A stretch of 64,000 nucleotides of DNA from Torpedo marmorata (lineage: Eukaryota): positions 133,672,001-133,736,000 of the forward strand of contig OZ360222.1 of NCBI GenBank assembly GCA_977017645.1, read 5' to 3'. The notes under the pieces were generated by a model. It made no database searches. It saw nothing but the letters and a program-made list of their open reading frames with translations, and was not told the origin of the DNA. Positions within the stretch are counted from its first letter, which is position 1; every line of letters begins with the position of its first letter. A program made the position numbers and the translations under genes. Below are positions 12,179 to 24,813 of this stretch, piece by piece.

Positions 12179-14426
12179 GTAATTGTTGTTTGTGCTACTT
12201 CTGGTACTAAACTCATTTTAACCTGGTGCAATTAGTTGTTCCTTTGATACTTTGTCATCTTGGGCTTTCTAACTGTGGGGCATGGAAATCGCTTCTCCGA
12301 TATGGGGGGAGGGGGTGCAGAGAGCCACAGAACACCCAAATGGGAAGGCTACACCAGTTTTTGTTCCTGTGGGAACAATATCACACCTTTCTCACTCGTG
12401 TGAACTCTCTCAAACCCAGGATCTTTGCAGCTGGATTTAGAATGGGGATGATCTCATAAAGAATGAGCCGGCTGCATTCCTTCTGCAATCCTTTAATCTG
12501 CCTGACGACAACAGGGGCAAGCAGAGTCCCACTGGATTTTGGAAATGCCTGATTAACTCCTTTTATTGTTTAATCCTGCCTTTCTTGCCATTAATTAGTA
12601 ACTGGGCCCATTCTGAATTGTCTAAACTGCACCTTCTGTTTTCAGACAGGTGAACTGCATTTCCTTAAAAAAAAATCCTTTCTTTCTTATAGACCTATTT
12701 CATTACTTAATGTAGATATGAAGATTTTATCTAAAGTTCTTGCTCATAGATTAGAGAATATCTTACCATTAGTAATTAATACTGACCAGACCGGTTTTAT
12801 TAAAAATCGATATTCTTATATACATCGATTATTGAATATTTTATACTTCTATTCCAACGACTGAGTGTGTTCTCTCGTTGGATGCTGAAAAAGCGTTTGA
12901 TCAAGTGGAATGGGAATACATGTTTGCTACTCTAAAGAAATTTAATTTCGGTCCAATTTTTATCAAGTGCCCTTGCGCTTCAATACGGTCAAATTTACAA
13001 CAATCAACATTTTTCAGGCTATATAGGGGAACTCGACAAGGTTGCCCCTTAAGCCCTTTAATCTTTGACCTGATTTTGGAACCTTTAGCAGTTGCTCTGC
13101 ATGATAGTAGAGATTTTAGTGGTATAATTAGAAAAAGAATTGAACATAAAGTTTCCTTATATGCAGATGATCTTTTGCTTTTTATCTCCAATCCTGAGAT
13201 TTCTTTACCAAGTATACTAACTTTGTTTGCCCAATTTAGTTTGTTTTCAGGGTATAAAATAAATTTTCATAAGAGTGAATTATTACCTATAAACTGACCT
13301 TTAGCAATCTATGCTAATTTCCCTTTTAAAATAGTTAAAGACCAATTCAAATATCTGGGAATTACAATTACAAAAAGTTGTAAAAACTTATTGAAAGAAA
13401 ATTTTTCAGTATTAACTAATCAGACTAAAGATTTGTTATTGGATGGTCACCCTTGTGCATGACAATGATTGGACGTATTAATGTAATTAAAATGAACATT
13501 TTACTTAAATTTTTGTATGTTTCAATCTTTACCAATTTCTCATTTCTAAAACTTATTTTAATTCATTGGATTCGATTATTTCTTCGTATATATGTCAAGG
13601 TAAACAACCCCGTATAAATAAGGCCTATCTTCAAAGGACCAAAAGGAATGCGGGCTTATCTCTTCCAAATTTTAGATTTTACTATTGGGCAGTCAATATA
13701 CGAAACTTATTATTGCTATTACATTTTGATATTTCAGATGATCAACCTTCTTGGGTAAAAATGGAACTGAGTTTTTCCAAAAAATTACTGGTAGCTATGT
13801 TAGCAATTTTAGGTTCTTCCTTACCCTTTTCCTTTTCAAAATTTACGGACAATCCGATACTGAGAATATGGGCACAATTTAGGCAATGTTTTGGCTATCT
13901 TTGTTTCTCTTGCTAGCCCTATTATAAAGAATCGTCTTTTTCAACCCTCTATCTTGGATGCAGGTTTTAGGGAATGTTGGATTGGGAATAAAAAGTTTTA
14001 AGGATCTATATATTTGAGGCAATTTCACTTCATTTGAACAACTAACAGTTAAATTTAAACTTCCTAATAGGCATTTTTTTTAGATATTTACAAATTAGGC
14101 ATTTTGTTCAGTCTAAATTTTTGAATTTTCCTCGAATTCCTGATACCAATGTTCTTGATTTACTTTTTCATTTAAAGTTTTCCCATGGTGGATTGATAGC
14201 AATTATATATAGTAATTTGATGGACCTAAGAATATGTTCAGGGATGGGAATCAAGAATGATTGGGAACGAGATTTGAATACATCAATTTCAGATGAAAAT
14301 TGGGATACCACGCTTGATCTGATTAATAATACTTCATTTTGTGCACAACATTGTTTAATACAATTTAAAGTTGTACATAGTTTAACTTTGGACATATATA
14401 TTCTATCTTGTTTCTATCCTGATGTT

Positions 14427-15622
14427 TTTTTTTGTTTTTTTAATTTTATTTTTTTATTTTTATTTTTTTTTAAAATATTTTATTTTAAGATTTTCAACTT
14501 TTTCACAATAATACAAAATAATGTAAAATATACATTAAACATCAGTTAAATTCGATACATAGGAATTTCGTATTACCATGAATCTAACCCCATCTAAACC
14601 ACCCTTACTAAAACAACCCACCCTCCACCCTTCCCATCCCTTATCCCCTCCCCGTACTAGAACTAAAAAAGAAAAGAGAAGGGAAAAGCACAATTGAAAA
14701 TATATCTATACATATCCATGGCTCGATGCAAGAAATTCAACAATGTTCATTCTTCAAATTTAAACTTAAGAGAGTCAGCGGGGTCTGGGATGCAGGGCAA
14801 CATATTTAAATATTCATTCCTGATAATTGGATAAATGGACGCCAAATTTGTAAAAAGAGTTCATACTTATTCCTCATATTGTATGTTATTTTTTCCAATG
14901 GGATGCAACTCTGCATCTCTGAATTCCATCTACTCATACTCAGATTTGTATCCGATTTCCAGGTCACTGCTATACATTTCCTAGCTACTGCTAGTGCAAT
15001 TTTTACGAATTTTAATTGCCATATGGATAATTTCAATTTTGGTCTAGTTCCCTCTATATTCCCCAATAAGAACAAGTCAGGGTTTTGAGGAAATGTAACA
15101 CCTGTAACTAGTTTCAACCGGTTTCCTAACTCTGCCCAAAAATCTTTAACTTTTGAACATGACCACGTTGAGTGTAAGAATGTTCCTTCTTCTCCACATC
15201 TAAAACATCTATTTGGTATTGTAGAATTCATCTTGTTCAGTTTTTGTGGTGTGAAGTATATTTGGTGTAAGAAGTTCTATTGTACCAGTCTATATCTTAC
15301 ATTAACAGTATTAGTCATACTATCTAAGCATAGATCCGACCATCTTTTTTCATCAATTATAATATTAAGATCTTGTTCCCATCTTTGTCTGGACTTATGA
15401 AGTCCTCGTTTTTGAGCTCCCTTCTGTAACAAAGAATATACTATGGAAGTAAATTTCTTAATGTTTCCTTTCCTAATAATAGTTTCTACCTCGCTGCATT
15501 CTTGTAACAACATGTCTGGACCTAATTTTCCTCTTAAATAAGCTGTTAGTTGAAGATAGCAAAAAAATGTATTTCTAGGTATTCCGTATTTATTCTGTAA
15601 TTGTATGAATGACATCATTTGA
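14427..15622 (-). mobile_element. L1-clade LINE 3' part nested in the 12684-17461 element
   Basis: CFRCGEEGTFLHSTWSC, CIPLEKITYN; poly(T) at left; TSD TTGTTTCTATCCTGATGTT at 14408-14426 and 15623-15641. Confidence 0.92.
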
Positions 15623-16276
15623 TTGTTTCTATCCTGATGTTGATCCACTATGTGATAAATGTAAAATCTTTGAGGCCTCTCTGATTCATATGTTTTGGGA
15701 GTGTCCAAAACTACAAGAATATTGGGAACAATTCTTCAAAAGTCTATCAGAGATTTTTAAGATTAAATTAGAACCGTGCCCTTTTATTGCTTTGTTTGGT
15801 TATTCTCTAGAAGAGAAGATTTCCTTGAATTCAACTCAAGAAAGAATAGTAGCTTTTATTTCATTGATAGCCAGACAAAATGGAAAGATAGCACCAACTC
15901 ATATGCAATGGATACAGGATGTTATGTCTTGCTTGAGTTTGTAGAAAATTAGATATAATATCAAAGAGATCAAGGTTGAATTTGATAAGATATGGGGCCC
16001 ATTCATGGACTTTTATCATATTTTGATTACTTAGGCAAGGGGGCTCTGGGGGTTTCCTGTCCGATGTCCGTGAGCCGATACTCGATTCTCTACATTTTAA
16101 TTGCTGGTGACCATGTTTTGTGGGAGGGGCTAGATTAATGTTTTTCTTTTTTTTTACAATTAGAAGAGATTGGTCTATTTAGATAATCACAACGTATATC
16201 TCAATATTAGAATATGAGGTGAAGTTTTCACGAGGATTTTTCATTTTCGAGAATTGTGTACAAGACATTGTATAAT

Positions 16277-17341
16277 AAGTAAATCACGAAAATCTGTAGA
16301 CACCGTGGTTGAAGTAAAAACACAAATGCTGGAGAAACTCAGCAATTCAAACAGTGTCTTTTATGTAGCAAAGGTAGAAATACATAACTGACGTTTCGGG
16401 CTTGAGCCCTTCATCAAAGTATGAGAAAATGCCGGCAGGCGTCCGAACAAAAGAGTGGGGGGGGGGGGCGGAAGGGGTGGTAAAGGCAGGAGATGATAGG
16501 TGGAGAAAGGAGGGAGGGGACAGCAGTAATGAGGGGGAGGAGGGATGGCTGGGTGGGAAGGCAGGGGAGAGGAAAGGCTAGCAGGATTAGTGGAAAGCAG
16601 TAAAGTCGATGTTCATGCCATCTGTCTGGAGAGTGCCCAGACGGAAAATAAGGTGGTGTTCCTCCAACTGCGGGTGGTCAGGGTTGGATAGTACTCAAGG
16701 CCATGAACGGACATGTGAGCGCGGGAGTGTGACTCGGAATTGAAATGGTTGGCCACTGGGAGGTTGCTGTTGTTGCGAACAGAGCGGAGGTGCTGAGCGA
16801 AGCGATCTCCCAATCTGCGACCGGTCTCTCCGATGTAGAGAAAGCCACAAAGGGAGCACCGGATGCAGTAATTAAGTCCTCTGGAAGTACAAGTGAAGTG
16901 TTGCTTCACTTGAAAGGCCTGTTTGGGGCCCCGGACCGTGGTGAGGGGGGAGGTGTGGGCGCAAGTGTTGCACCTCCTGCGGGTACAGGGGAAGGTGCTG
17001 GGGGTGCGATGGGTGGCGAGGGATGAGTGCACGAGGGAATCGCGGAGGGAGCGGTCCCTGCGGAAGGCCGAGAGGGGAGGAGAAGGAAAAATGAGTCTGG
17101 TGGTGGGGTCCTGTTGTAAGTGCATGAAATTCCGAAGGATAATGTGTTGGATGCTGAGGCTGGTGGGGTGGTAGGTGAGGATGAGGGGGATTCTATGTTT
17201 GTTGCGTCAGGGGGCAGAGTGGGCCAGGGCAGATGAGCGGGAAATGGAGGAGATGTGGGTGAGGGCTGAGTTGATGGTGGTGGAGGGAAGCCACATTTGT
17301 GGCAGACATTTCAGAAGATGATTTCAGAAGGTCGGTTTTAT
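16277..17341 (-). mobile_element. Penelope-like (Neptune-type) element 3' part, nested in the L1 3'UTR
   Basis: GIY-YIG motif NYCIRCSLCGFLYIGETGR, Cys motif CTRRRCNTC; closely similar to 52280-53345; possible TSD TTGTATAAT at 16268-16276 and 17342-17350. Confidence 0.92.
16383..16423 (-). ncRNA. Putative minimal type I hammerhead ribozyme in the Penelope-like 3' region
   Basis: - strand reads CATACT-TTGATGA-A-GGGC-TCAA-GCCC-GAAA-CGTC-AGTTATG. Confidence 0.55.
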
Positions 17342-17760
17342 TTGTATAATCATATATGATTCATAGTCTGTATTGCATTATATAAAAGTTATGTGATTAA
17401 TATCTAAACAATATAAACGTGTAATATTTCTCTATCAAATTAATAAAAATATTTTAAAAAGAAAAAATCCTTTCTGGCCTCTATTTCTGCGGAGACTGAA
17501 ATGTGACTGTTCTATATGGTTGCTCACCTGTCATCCACAAGCAAAAGGGGCACGTTCTTGTGCAAGGTTGTTTTCATGAAACTGCTCCATTTGACCAGCA
17601 AGAACCTATCTAGTTTAAATTGGGAATGGGAGGCAGTAGTCAAAGACCCTTGGTTACATTGTGCTCATGCTCTGCTGTGACAATGGGAAGGAAACTTCAT
17701 CGGCTTGGAGCTTTCTTTGTCTTGATTATATTTTAAATAAACATTTCTTTCTTATCCCAG

Positions 17761-17874
17761 ATGCCAATGAATGTGAGGGAAAGCCTTGTGTAAATGCTGA
17801 CTCTTGCCGAAATCTGATTGGTGACTACTACTGCAACTGCATGCCTGGGTGGTCAGGCAAAAATTGTGAATTAG
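17761..17874 (+). CDS. JAG1: Jagged-1 exon 10 (EGF6)
   Basis: cccag|AT...TTAG|gttggt; 114 nt; [37 protein letters not shown]. Confidence 0.97.
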
Positions 17875-18242
17875 GTTGGTATTATTTGTGGAGAGGCTCG
17901 GGGAGAAACAGGGAACTGGAGGTTCCAGCATTGATGTGCACTGTTTGCAAAGCTCAAAACTGATTGCCCTCTGGCCATTTAATTCAGTAAATTGCTGGGA
18001 AGAGAGACATCTGCAGACAAATTTTCCAAGGGAGTTGAACTGCGATCAAACTTTATCAGACACTGGGTCATAATTTCCTGAGTACATGAGTGACGTCAAG
18101 TAACTGTGGAGGGGTTCCCATAAATTACACTGAACAAAATCTCTTAAAATTAAGCAAAATATCATTAGATATGAATGTCTTGATAGTTTATTTAATAACT
18201 TGGTAATTATCTGTGCCTCACGATTTCAATTGTATGTTACAG

Positions 18243-18289
18243 ATATCAATGACTGTCATGAGCAATGCCAAAATGGGGGAATTTGCAAG
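18243..18289 (+). CDS. JAG1: Jagged-1 exon 11 (start of EGF7)
   Basis: ttacag|AT...AAG|gtgcgt; 47 nt; INDCHEQCQNGGICK. Confidence 0.95.
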
Positions 18290-18595
18290 GTGCGTCTGGA
18301 TTTTATCTGCATTGTTATAAAAGTTAGAGATTCATGCAAACAATGATAAAGCTGGTGCATTTTAACTAAAATTAATTTAAAAGTTTTCATTGTGGGGTAA
18401 ACTGTTCTTTTCAATATTAAACTATTTGTCACAGTTTATAAAACAGAACTTTTGCACATTCTCTGGTACGGTATTATGGAAACCTCAATGTGCTAATTAT
18501 TCAATTTATCCGCTGAACAATTAGAGCTATGCTTAATTAATTTGATCCCATCTCAACTATGCTTGACTGACTTTTTCCCACCTCTGTTCTTGCAG

Positions 18596-18769
18596 GATTT
18601 GGTTAATGACTATCACTGTATCTGTCTGCCGGGCTATACAGGAGATAACTGTGAGAAGGACATCAATGAATGTGAAAGCAGCCCCTGTCTCAATGGAGGC
18701 TTCTGTCAAGATGAAGTCAGAGGATTTCAATGCCTCTGTCCTGTTGGTTTCTCTGGAAACCTGTGTCAG
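18596..18769 (+). CDS. JAG1: Jagged-1 exon 12 (EGF7-8)
   Basis: ttgcag|GAT...CAG|gtaagc; 174 nt; [58 protein letters not shown]. Confidence 0.97.
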
Positions 18770-19494
18770 GTAAGCACTTGATGTAAGGCACACTCTGAAT
18801 AGTTGGGCTGTTGTAAGAGATCAGTTTGAGGCTCATCTATTTTGTTTCCCAGTCTTTTAAAGGCAGTAATTTTACCTGGAATTTCTGAAACTATGCTACT
18901 TAAATTCCCTGTATCATTAAAAATTCACCTTTTCAAACAATTTTTTTTATTGCCTTTGCAATCATTTGTCCGGTGTGCTTTGAGACTCTTGATTTGTGAC
19001 CCCTCTCCTGGTCTTCCTGGGACTGCAATCCTGATGCAGAGGCTCTGGGTTGAAAGGATAATGCCCACGCTTGTTCTCAATGCCCCCGCCAAAACTTTTC
19101 CACCAGGTTTCCACCACTTTGCAACGAACCACAACGCCTGAGGTGCCGGCTTGGGACCTTGAGCTGGAATGCTTTTGTGCGAGTTGCCTTCAACAGCTAA
19201 ACCAGGAAGGTCCGTTGTGACCACCAATGCCTTTTTTAACCCAGCAAATGAGGATGTGGAAGCAGGGTGGTGGGGGGGGAGAGGTGCAAGGGTGCAGTGC
19301 AAACCTTTGAGTGTCTGTCATATGAAGAATCCAGATGTATCTGCGCTGTCCAAAGTGCAGTTTAAAAACTAGTTGCACACATCCAACAGTGAGGAGTTGG
19401 ATGTTAACATGTTGTTGTCAATGGTCTGTCGGTCGTGAGCCTATGAAATTTTCATTTTCTGTGTCAAACTGTGTTCCCTTTGTATACGTTTCAG

Positions 19495-19645
19495 CTGGAT
19501 GTTGATTATTGTGAACCCAACCCGTGCCAGAATGGGGCACTCTGCTTTAATCTGGCCAATGATTACTTCTGCAGCTGCCCAGAAGACTACGAAGGGAAAA
19601 ATTGTTCTCATCTAAAAGACCACTGTCGGACTACTCCCTGCGAAG
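19495..19645 (+). CDS. JAG1: Jagged-1 exon 13 (EGF9)
   Basis: tttcag|CTG...GAAG|gtactt; 151 nt; [50 protein letters not shown]. Confidence 0.97.
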
Positions 19646-20453
19646 GTACTTCCCATTTGCTTGCTCAAGCAACTTCCGTCATTATCTCAAGTGCTTGGTG
19701 TGGGAGAGGCTGATGTGGAGAGAGAGAGATGCTAAATAGTTACTCTGGGGACAGCGTGCTTTTTTTTTTGTATTGATTGCTGGCACTGCATCCTTGCTTG
19801 ACACAGCACAACTGTAGTGCCTTGGTCGTTCATGTAAGCCTGAATGAGAAAAACAACCCATATTCTTTGAATTGGGGCCATTTTCAAGATGCTGTGGGAA
19901 TCTTGTGTTTCCATTTCCACAGAAAGGACACTAATTTTAAATGGAGCAGACACTGGCTAACCATTAACAGGCTGTGTGTGTGTTCCACCCAATAATTGTT
20001 CAGTGGCTTTTGCATTTTGTTCTGTGTGGATGGAAAGTGCCAGGTCAGACCTACCACAGTGCAGTAGTAGTGGTTCAGAGGCTTGGATTTGATGTGTTTT
20101 GCCACTTAAAAAAGACATTCACCAGTTGTTTATACTTCTACAGAAATGCAGTTGTATACAACCATGGCGATATATCTGCTGTATATGCCATGTGTGTCTA
20201 CAGCATTGTTCCTTGCGCACTGCTCCGTCTCTTTCTTCTCTCTCTCCCACCACCCCCCCCCCCAAAGAGGCAGCTTTTATTAATGAAGATCAACTGCACT
20301 CTTGAAGAAAATGGGGACTGCCCTTTAAAGTTCCACAAATATTTTCAATAGGTGATTTCATTTGCACCTGGATGTCTTTATTATTGTTTATATAAGAGTC
20401 CACTCACGTGCGTCTGAAAGGTCCATTAAGAAATGCTCTGCTTCCTTTCTCAG

Positions 20454-20618
20454 TTATTGACAGCTGTACAGTGGCTGTGGCCTCCAACAGCACACCTGAT
20501 GGTATTCGTTACATTTCCTCCAATGTCTGTGGGCCTCATGGAAAGTGCAGGAGTCAAGCAGGAGGGAGGTTCACCTGTGATTGCAACGAGGGATTTACTG
20601 GCACTTACTGTCATGAAA
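20454..20618 (+). CDS. JAG1: Jagged-1 exon 14 (EGF10 with the Serrate/Jagged-type insertion)
   Basis: tctcag|TT...GAAA|gtaagc; 165 nt; [54 protein letters not shown]. Confidence 0.97.
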
Positions 20619-20957
20619 GTAAGCATGGCTTCCTTCTCTTTGTTCTCCTCTTCCCACCTGCGCTCCACTCCTCATCCAGCCTGCGCCATCCTACCATCTC
20701 TTTCACACCCGCGCTCCATGCCTCATCCAGCATGCACCGTCCCACCATCTCTCCTCCTTCCCACCTATGCTCCTCTCATCCAGCCTACACCTACCATCTC
20801 TCCTCCTTCCTTCGTTCAGCGCTATTCCTCTCTCCCTGCCCCGTGCCTGCACTGCCCCCATCCTGGATCAATTTTCTGTTTTTTGTGTTTAAAGTAGAGA
20901 TAGGTTTCAGACTTGGGCTCTATTGAGACAATTTTATGATCTTTATCTGCACTTTTA

Positions 20958-21330
20958 AGAACATGGAACATTACAGCACAGTACAGGCCCTTCAGCCCAC
21001 AATGTCTGCTAGCCTATGTAAACCTCCTCAACAATCTAATTTTTACCTACCTCACACCCATAACCTATTTTTCATACATCCATGCGCCTATCTAAGAGTC
21101 TTTTGAATGTCCCTGTTGTGCCAGCCTCCATACCACCCTTGGCAATGCGTTCCAGGCAACCACCACTCTCTGAATAAAAAAACTTTGACATCACCCCTAA
21201 ACTTTCCTCCACTCACCTTAAACAGATGTCCTCTGGTATTTGTTATTGTCACCGCAGGAAAAAGGTGCTGGCTCTCCACTCTATCTAAACCCCTCATAAT
21301 CTTTTAGACCTCTATTAAGTCACCTTTTAT
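20958..21330 (-). mobile_element. CR1 3' fragment
   Basis: MRGLDRVESQHLFP...TRGHLFKV; tail GAACATGGAACATTACAGCACAGTACAGGCCCTTCAGCCCAC. Confidence 0.85.
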
Positions 21331-21478
21331 TGAGAGATCAGAATTTTTGATAGCATGCTGAAGCACGAGGAATTTGCTAATCATTTAATGTTGGCCAAAA
21401 ACTTGAGATGTTCTCTTGATAGTGGGCATTGGAAACAACCTGGTTTGCTTTTTGAGTAAACACTTTTTGTTCCTTTAG

Positions 21479-21592
21479 ATATTAACGACTGTGAGAGTGA
21501 TCCATGTAAAAATGGTGGGACATGCATTGATGGAGTTAACTTCTACCAGTGTATATGCCGTGAAGGATGGGAAGGTGTTATATGCCAGTTTG
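21479..21592 (+). CDS. JAG1: Jagged-1 exon 15 (EGF11)
   Basis: ctttag|AT...TTTG|gtaagt; 114 nt; [37 protein letters not shown]. Confidence 0.96.
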
Positions 21593-22248
21593 GTAAGTGG
21601 TTTTGTCATCTGAAAATGCTTTACAATTCTCAGATTATTAGGGCAAGATGTAGATTTTTTTTGTTTGCAATACGTTCAAACCATTTAACTAATCCCTGAA
21701 TCAGTGTTTTTTTTGTACAGCTCCAGGTGTGGCTGTATTATGAATAGTAGTGGGGAATGTTTATAGTGGCAAAAACATACATGTATACAAAAGATGTAAA
21801 GCAGGACAATGTTTTATAGTGTGCACCTGACTGGCGTTGCAGTGTTCATTTGTATAATGCCTTTGCAAAATGTCCTGAGGTTCTTGATAGGATCAGTTAT
21901 CAAAATGAGCATTAAGATGGGGCAGGAATGGAAAAGGATAATTTAAGGGTTGTTTAAGTGGAGAGATTTAAGAAGGGAACACAACAGTTTTGGACCCAGC
22001 AATTTAAAGCTGTGGTCAATGTGAAGCAGTGATTAAAATAAAGATTATAAAAGGAGTGCAGAGATTGCAGCAGGTGGTAGGGCTGGAGAGGGTTAGAGGT
22101 AGACTGGGACATGCGTTCAGGGTTAACTATTTAATGTTTGGTCAGTATTAACAATTTCCCAATACCTGATGCAGAGTGCGCTTCGTGGTAAAGCTGCTGA
22201 GTTTCAGCAAAACACAAGGTGCTAATGGAACTCCTGACAAGCTGAGTT

Positions 22249-24172
22249 CACAATATAAAGGAACAGAAGTAGGCCATTTGGCCCATCAAGTCTGCTCCGC
22301 AACGCCACCCTGAGCTAAACTGTTCTCACATCTAGTTCCAAATTCCGGCCTTTTCCCCATATCCTTTGATACCCTGACTAATTAGATACCTATCAATCTC
22401 CTCTTTAAACTCCCCCAATGATCGGGCCTCCACAGCTGTATGTGGCAACGAATTCCACAAATCCACGACATTCTGGCTAAAGAAATTTCTCCTCATCTCT
22501 GTTTTAAATGGGTACCTTCTAATTCTAAGACTGTGCCCTCTTGTCCTGGATTCACCCACCAAGGGAAACATCTTATTCACATCTACTCTGACCAATCCTT
22601 TCAGCATTCAAAATGCTTCTGAGATCCCCTCTCATTCTTCTGTACTCCAATGAATACAGTCCAAGAGCTGCTAAATGTTCCTCATATGTTAGCCCTTGCA
22701 TTCCAGGAATCATCCTGGTAAATCTTCTCTGTACTCTCTCCAACATCATTACATCCCTTCTAAGATAAGGGGCCCAAAACTGCACACAGTACTCCAAATG
22801 AGGTCTCACCAGTGCCCCATAGAGCTTCATCAACACCTCTTATACACTATTCCTCTTGAAATGAATACCAACATAGCATTCGCTTTCTTTACTGCCGATC
22901 CAACCTGGTGGTTAACCTTTCGGTTATCCTGCACGAGGACCCCCAAGTCCCTTTGCACTTCCGAATTTTGAATTTTCTCCCCATCCAAATAATAATCTGC
23001 CTGTTTATTTCCTCTTCCAAAATGTGCGACCGTACAGTTCTCAACATTGTATCTCATCTGCCATTTCTTTGCCCACTCTCCTAAGCTGTCCAAGTCTCTC
23101 TGCAACCTTTCAGCTTCTTCAACACTTCCTACTCCACCACCTATCTTGGTGTCATCTACAAACTTAGCCACAAAACCATTCAATCCGTAATCTAAATCAT
23201 CATATACATTGTAAAAAGAAGCGGCCCCAACACCGACCCTTGCGGAACACCACAAATAACCGGCAACCAACCAGAACAGGATCCCTTTATTCCCACCCTT
23301 TGGATGGAGCATTGGCTGATAGGCAGGAAGCAATCTAATATCTTTCCTGTAATTCCATGGGTTCTCATCTTATTAAGCAGCCTCTTATGCGGCACCTTAT
23401 CGAAGGCCTTTTGAAAATCCAAATACACAACATCTACAGCCTCCCTTGTCCATCCTACCTGAGATTACCTCAAAAAATTCCAATAGGTTGGTCAGGCAGG
23501 ATCTTCCCTTCATGAAACCATGCTGGCTTGGACCTATCATGTCATGCACCTCGAGGTATTTCATAACCTCGTCCTTGAGCATCGACTCCAATAACTTTCC
23601 AAATACCAACGTCAGACTAGTAGGCCTATAATTTCCTTTTTTCTGCCTCCCTCCTTTCTTAAACAGCGGAACTACATTTGCGACCTTCCAATCCTCCGGA
23701 ACCATGCCAGTCTATTGATTTCTGGAAAATCATTTCCAATGCCTCCACAATCTCTAAAGCCGCCAACTTCAGAACCCGTGGGTGCACCTCATCCGGTCTG
23801 GGAAACTTATCTATCTTTAGTCCATTCATCTTACTAAGCACTATCTCCCTAGTAATCCTGACTACTTAATTATATTCCCTAAGACCTCTGACTATCCGGT
23901 ATATTGCTATTGTCGTCTTCCTCTCCCATCTCTTTGTTACCCATTATAATTCCTCCAGCATCATTTTCTATCGGTCCTATATCTACCCGCGTCTCTCTTT
24001 TACTCTTTATATTTTTTTTTTTAAAAACTCAGTATCCTTTTGTATGTTATTTGCCAACTTCCTTTCATAATTCATCTTTTCTTTCCTAATGACTTTGTTT
24101 GTCTCTTTCTGTAAGTTTTTAAAAGTTTCCCAGTCCTCTGTTTTCCACTAATTTTTGCTTCCTTGTATGCCC
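22249..24172 (-). mobile_element. CR1 LINE, 5'-truncated RT, frameshifted
   Basis: VPEDWKVANVVPLFKKG, YLDFQKAFDKVPH, GVPQGSVLGP, RPHLEYCVQFW; highly similar to 60806-62770. Confidence 0.93.
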
Positions 24173-24274
24173 TCCTGGAGTTTCTCCAGCAGATCGGGTT
24201 TTATTTTGTTGCTCCAGATTCCAGCATCTGCGGTCTTTCATATCTAAATTAGTTTTCTCTTTGCTGTTGTGCAG

Positions 24275-24388
24275 ATATTAACGATTGTGGGGCCAACCCC
24301 TGCCAGAATGGGGGCAGGTGTCACGACCTGGTCAATGATTTCTACTGCGAGTGCCAGAATGATTGGAAAGGCAAAACCTGCCACTCTC
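24275..24388 (+). CDS. JAG1: Jagged-1 exon 16 (EGF12)
   Basis: gtgcag|AT...TCTC|gtaagt; 114 nt; [37 protein letters not shown]. Confidence 0.96.
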
Positions 24389-24491
24389 GTAAGTACTCTG
24401 TACTGTTTTTTTGGCTGCATTGCGATGCTTGCATGAGTGAAACAAAAACTGAACCTTAGGCCGACAATTTGTGAATTGTGTTTGTTTGCAG

Positions 24492-24605
24492 GGGATAGCC
24501 AGTGTGATGAGGCAACATGCAACAATGGTGGGACGTGTTATGATGAAGGCGATACATTCAAGTGCATGTGCGGTCTTGGCTGGGAAGGTGCCACGTGCAA
24601 CATAG
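24492..24605 (+). CDS. JAG1: Jagged-1 exon 17 (EGF13)
   Basis: ttgcag|GG...ATAG|gtaggt; 114 nt; [37 protein letters not shown]. Confidence 0.97.
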   Translation, partial: GIASVMRQHATMVGRVMMKAIHSSACAVLAGKVPRAT

Positions 24606-24696
24606 GTAGGTGTTTGCATTATTAATTCTTTTAAGCCTTATGGCACCATTGGCAAGACTTGTAATTTAATTTCCTTTCCACCCTGCATCCCCACAG

Positions 24697-24813
24697 CAAG
24701 AAATAGTAGTTGTTTACCAACTCCTTGTGAAAATGGTGGTACTTGTGTGGTGAATGGCGATTCCTACACGTGCGTCTGCAAAGAAGGCTGGGAAGGAATC
24801 ACATGCTCGCAGA
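24697..24813 (+). CDS. JAG1: Jagged-1 exon 18 (EGF14)
   Basis: ccacag|CA...CAGA|gtgagt; 117 nt; [38 protein letters not shown]. Confidence 0.96.

Larger units (their letters stand above)
12684..17461 (+). mobile_element. Old L1/Tx1-type LINE (RT to 3'UTR) hosting two nested insertions
   Basis: [38 protein letters not shown]...HMFWEC; ends AATAAA plus A-rich tail; TSD AAAAAATCCTTTCT at 12670-12683 and 17462-17475. Confidence 0.9.

Noticed and set aside
12368-12396. Paired CSL site (SPS)
   Set aside because: The spacer between TGTGGGAA and TTCTCAC is 13 nt, outside the usual 15-17 nt
20660-20752. Two roughly 50-bp imperfect direct repeats and the 172-aa ORF extension after exon 14
   Set aside because: Low-complexity CT-rich intron sequence; the exon has a strong GTAAGC donor at 20619
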